Shown: piece after piece, positions 18,341 through 21,784 of the stretch
Position numbering within the stretch: position 1 is the stretch's first letter
Layout: each line of letters opens with the position of its first letter
The notes under the pieces: generated by a model
What the model was told of the DNA's origin: nothing
Database searches by the model: none
The model's input: the letters and a program-made list of their open reading frames with translations, nothing else
Assembly: GCA_009103225.1 (NCBI GenBank)
Contig: RHPI01003516.1
Location: forward strand, 1 to 21,784
Direction of reading: 5' to 3'
Origin: Chlorokybus atmophyticus
Taxonomy: Eukaryota; Plantae; Mesostigma and Chlorokybus algae
Length of the DNA stretch: 21,784 bases
Translations under genes and position numbers: made by a program

Positions 18341-21300
18341 TGCTGCTGTCAGACTCGCCAATGTTCAAGGACACTGAACAACGCTACAGCCGGTTTGCCA
18401 AAGAACCACGCAATGTGCGCCTAGCGATGTTCATCGACGGGATGAGCCCGTTCAAAGATCCGCACAAAGGTATAAAAGAGCATTTTTCTTCCTGTATGCT
18501 CGTTGCAGTGTAACTGTACGAATGGCAGCAAAGGGTTTGTTGAGTTGCAGGGAACTATGAGTTTTGGGTTGTCACAATCTCAGTGTTGAACCTGCCCATT
18601 GCCAAGATGCACAAGACAGACACTACATTTCTAGCTGCTGTTATCCCTGGACCCAAACAACCAGAGAATCTACAGGCTTATCTCAAGCCAATTATTGACC
18701 AGTTGGGAGATCTCTGGGAAGGTATGGTTTCAACGCAGCTAGGATAAGCAGCTTCCATTACTGCAGTCATGCCTGACAAATGCGCATGACTGAGGCATGT
18801 AATCTGCTGGCATTTGTTGTAGGTATAGACATATATGACAGCCACCGCGACGCAGTTTTTCGTTGCAGATCTATTCTGGAGATTGTAATCCATGATTACC
18901 CAGGTACTCAAGCAGCAGCAGTGTTTGCACTTACTGTTATCAGTGTCTGACTGTATCTGTATATCGGAATGTCCTTGCAACCATGGTTGTGGCTACTGAA
19001 GTACATCATGTTGGTTGCGCAGCTCTGGCAAAAGCTGCCTTGCAGATGGCGCATGGAGCCATCTTTGGCTGTTCAAAGTGCGAGTGCAGTGAAGAACATG
19101 TGGAACTTCTCAAAAAGGTGATCTATCAAGGCCACCGCCGGTACCTACCGGATGACCATCCTTACAGAGTTGATGAGCGTTGGCCGCAACCAGAACACAG
19201 ACCTCCACCACCCATGCGGACTGCAGAAAGCGTGTACAGGTGAGCAATCTCAATTGATTGCGCATTCGGTTGCAGAACATAGGTATGTCAGCAATGCATG
19301 CCATGTGATCAGGTATGCTATGACATCTTGCAACAGCAAGCGTCCACTGCACTCTAAGAGACATCCTTCAAAGACCTCCGGCATCCTTGGACTGAGCTGT
19401 TTTCACGACCTTCCATATTGGCTACCGTTACAAAAATCTGTCAAAGGTCATGTGGTTGGCCCTATGCACATTTTTGCCAACCTGGCAACCAACTTTGCAA
19501 ATCTCCTAGCTGGCTTGCGCGACAGCATCGAATCACGAGAAGATCTGCAGCAGCAAGGCCGCATGCCTGAACTCTGGCTAGAGGTACGTATGTAGTCGGC
19601 CTCGTTGACATGTGCCATAGTTGGATTTAACCAAGGACTTGAACCTATGTGCTGCAGGCAGAGATGAAGATGAAGGATGGAAAGGAAGTCGCAGTCAAGG
19701 TAAAACCCCAGGCTCCATAGACAATCACAGATGTAGGACTGGTTGAGCAATTGTTCTCCGGCGTGAGGGTTTCAAGCACTTTCGGCTCGAAACTGCAGTC
19801 TTTTACAAAGCATTTAGGTGAGATAGCCGTTATATGTTTTGTGTTTACGCTAAAGCAATGATTCTCCATGCATGGAACTTTTGACATGGAGCATGCAGGC
19901 TCGATGAAATCGCACGACAAGCACAACTTATGGTCGGTCGTTTTTCAGTACGTGCTGCGCTCTGCACACGACATTGGAGAAGATCAGAAGAGAACCATCT
20001 TCAAACTATGCGACATCTATCAACGGCTGACTGCATTGGAAGTAAAGCAGTCACACCTCGAAGAATTGAAGGTTGGCTTTAATAACACTTTACTCTGCAT
20101 GCCCAGCTCCTATGGCATGCGTAGCTTATTACTTAGTGCAGGTGCTGGTGCATGAGGCACAGTCTGAAGTGGAGCTGTTCTTCCCGCGAACTTCTCTCAC
20201 AATGATGCTGCACCTCCTTGGCCATCTACCAGAGCAGTGCATGTGGCTTGGTCCGACGCGTGACCACTGGGAGTGGGCACATGAACGCTTTATGCAGTGG
20301 GTGAAGCGCATGATATTTGCAAGGCAGCATGTGGAAGCAAGCATCTGCAAAAGGCAAGTTTTGTGTGAGCCCACTGAGAGTTACGTGCAAACTTTCCACA
20401 TTGTTTGCCTTGTTCAAGTGCCAGTTGCATCTGCAGATACTCTATCCAGCTCATGCTGAACACTTACATGGACGCCTTGAAGCGACTTTTCTTCGACATC
20501 AGTTTGCGATCGGGCAAGCAACGAGATGATGACGACTATGTGCTCTGCGAACGGAGACACCGTATTGAGGTTGGGGATAAAGATAGTAAGACAAGGCAGG
20601 AGCTCGAGTGGTGGTTGGCTGAGAATGACGATGAATACAGGCTGTTAAAAGAGTAAGTTGCTTTGGGAGTTGCTGTTTTGTACGTGATGTCCAACGCGCA
20701 GACAGTATGATTCATTTATGGGTTGCTGCTACACAGAGAGTTCAGTCGGGAGGTGAACAAACGCAGGATGGCAAGGGAAAGGGCTCAAAAACAAGGACAT
20801 GTCGTGGCAAAGGACATGGAGCATATGACTGAGCTGCATCACTGGCGTGGACCTGCTAGGGAGCTTACAAAGCACGAGATGGAGCTGTTGAGCGGTCCAA
20901 TCTTTCCAAAGTACATCAAGCGATACTTCAGAGCACGCTACAAGGACATCGGTCAGTTCAGAGCAGAGGAAATGGAGAAGAAACTCCGCACCATGGACTG
21001 TGGCGTGTTTACCGTTGGGCGTGACTCAGATGACCCAACCAAGAAGATCCATCGGTATGGCAGGGTGCAATCTTTTGATGTTGTGGTGATAGCTGGTCGG
21101 GAGCACCAGCTGCTTAGAGCTAGGTGGTACATGAGCAACCAAGTCCAGCACAGTGGAGGATTTGCAATCCTATGAAAAGACAAGCCCCGCTTTGCAGAAC
21201 AAACCTACCTTGATTGCAACCTGGTAAGTGGATGTGTTGCAATCGTTTTGGCGTGTGCTTGGTGTGATGATAGTAAATTGAAATAGTAGTATGAAAATGG

Positions 21301-21739
21301 CTGATGAATATCCCTTCTTGCTGGCAGGTCAAGGGCCAGTGGTTTGAGGGAATTGATCCCCATGACAACAAAGTAACAGTAGCGCTTGTTAAAGACAGGC
21401 GCAGTCTCATGCGTCGACGCATGCACCGGGACACTCCGGTAAGAGGAGAGTTAACAACGTTGTCCATTGTCCAGAATCTGGATGTCCTCATATATCCTGG
21501 GTTTTGGCATCACATACAACCATCTTGTGTACTTGGTGCAGGGTGCCCTAAGCGAAACCAATAGCGCCTCGAGCGAGGTGTCATGGACCACACGCCGCGA
21601 CTGGCATTTTGAGTACAAGAGGTACTGTTTGCGATTGTGATGCCTCATATCCCTACTGTGAGACTGTAGACCTGGCCACTGAACCTTTGTTCACAGGATG
21701 AGACCGAGACTGGAGCTGGATGCGTTGGAACATCGGGAA

Positions 21740-21784
21740 CATGAAGACTACTGCTTTGTCTGCAAGGATGGGGGCACCATATCT
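21740..21784 (+). other. N-terminal part of a PHD finger (HEDYCFVCKDGG), truncated by the window edge
   Basis: Translation after acceptor TTCACAG| (21696) gives RMRPRLELDALEHREHEDYCFVCKDGGTIS. This matches the typical PHD start (acidic-C-x2-C-x2-GG), but only two of the zinc ligands are visible. Confidence 0.65.

Larger units (their letters stand above)
1173..21784. mobile_element. Giant CACTA/EnSpm (CMC) DNA transposon with cargo genes; right end outside the window
   Basis: TnpD/Tnp2 transposase at 16612+, TnpA-like gene at 1990-4496, subterminal motif array at 1219-1835, and a candidate CAC-starting terminus at 1173. One ~70-bp repeat family is shared between the central spacer and a transposase intron. 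The matching TIR and TSD cannot be seen. Confidence 0.65.
16612..21784 (+). pseudogene. CACTA/EnSpm TnpD (Tnp2-type) DDE transposase with C-terminal PHD-finger start; at least two in-frame stops; runs off the window
   Basis: Exons 16612-16831, 16905-17033, (17121-17225?), 17294-17564, 17638-17804, 17882-18055, 18353-18469, 18551-18721, 18823-18903, 19023-19239, 19313-19583, 19658-19817, 19899-20071, 20142-20353, 20437-20652, 20737-21223, 21328-21438, 21542-21621, 21697-end. All phases match, giving 1115 codons without the optional exon. Hallmarks: CKVCKAPRY, EPRNVRLAMFIDGMSPF (D 18436), NLP...IPGPKQP, HDYPA (D 18894), CSKC, HRRYLPDDHPYR, MH, KSHD, LHLLGHL, WEWAHERF (E 20283). Stops: TAG 19718-19720 and TGA 21173-21175. 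Confidence 0.93.

Noticed and set aside
19700-19720. 21-nt GT...AG micro-intron that would remove the TAG
   Set aside because: It is far shorter than the other introns here (about 70-90 nt) and would delete the conserved P.AP motif.
11321-21175. Alternative genetic code (TAA/TAG = Gln, as in some ulvophytes) explaining the in-frame stops
   Set aside because: One stop is TGA, the TAG at 19718 sits at an aromatic position, and the very Gln-rich 572-aa ORF uses only CAG/CAA. Sparse nonsense mutation fits better.
1-21784. rRNA, tRNA or known ncRNA genes
   Set aside because: No recognisable cloverleaf or rRNA motifs by eye; a tRNAscan/Infernal run would be needed to exclude them fully.

Overview
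This is eukaryotic DNA with dense short GT-AG introns. A chlorophyte green alga is my inference from intron style and internal TTAGGG/AAACCCT motifs, and it is not proven. Most of the window (about 1173 to beyond 21784) reads as one very large CACTA/EnSpm (CMC-superfamily) DNA transposon whose right end lies outside the window. From left to right it contains: a subterminal TATTCA motif array; a multi-exon TnpA-like gene (-); a hypothetical gene; a repeat-rich spacer; a gene encoding duplicated helical modules + OTU cysteine protease + coiled coil + Gag-capsid-like domain (+); an intact-looking gene fusing a C2HC zinc finger and a Tudor domain to a phage/bacterial-type C5 cytosine DNA methyltransferase (-); and, head-to-head with it across 290 bp, an 18-19 exon TnpD/Tnp2 DDE transposase (+) whose last visible exon splices in frame into the start of a PHD finger. 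The transposase and OTU genes carry isolated in-frame stops, each one C>T/G>A transition from a sense codon, so this copy is probably decaying. The most notable candidate system is a DNA transposon carrying its own chromatin kit (DNA methyl writer, histone readers, deubiquitinase). All exon models were built by hand from splice consensus and reading-frame continuity, and domain calls come from motif recognition rather than database searches.
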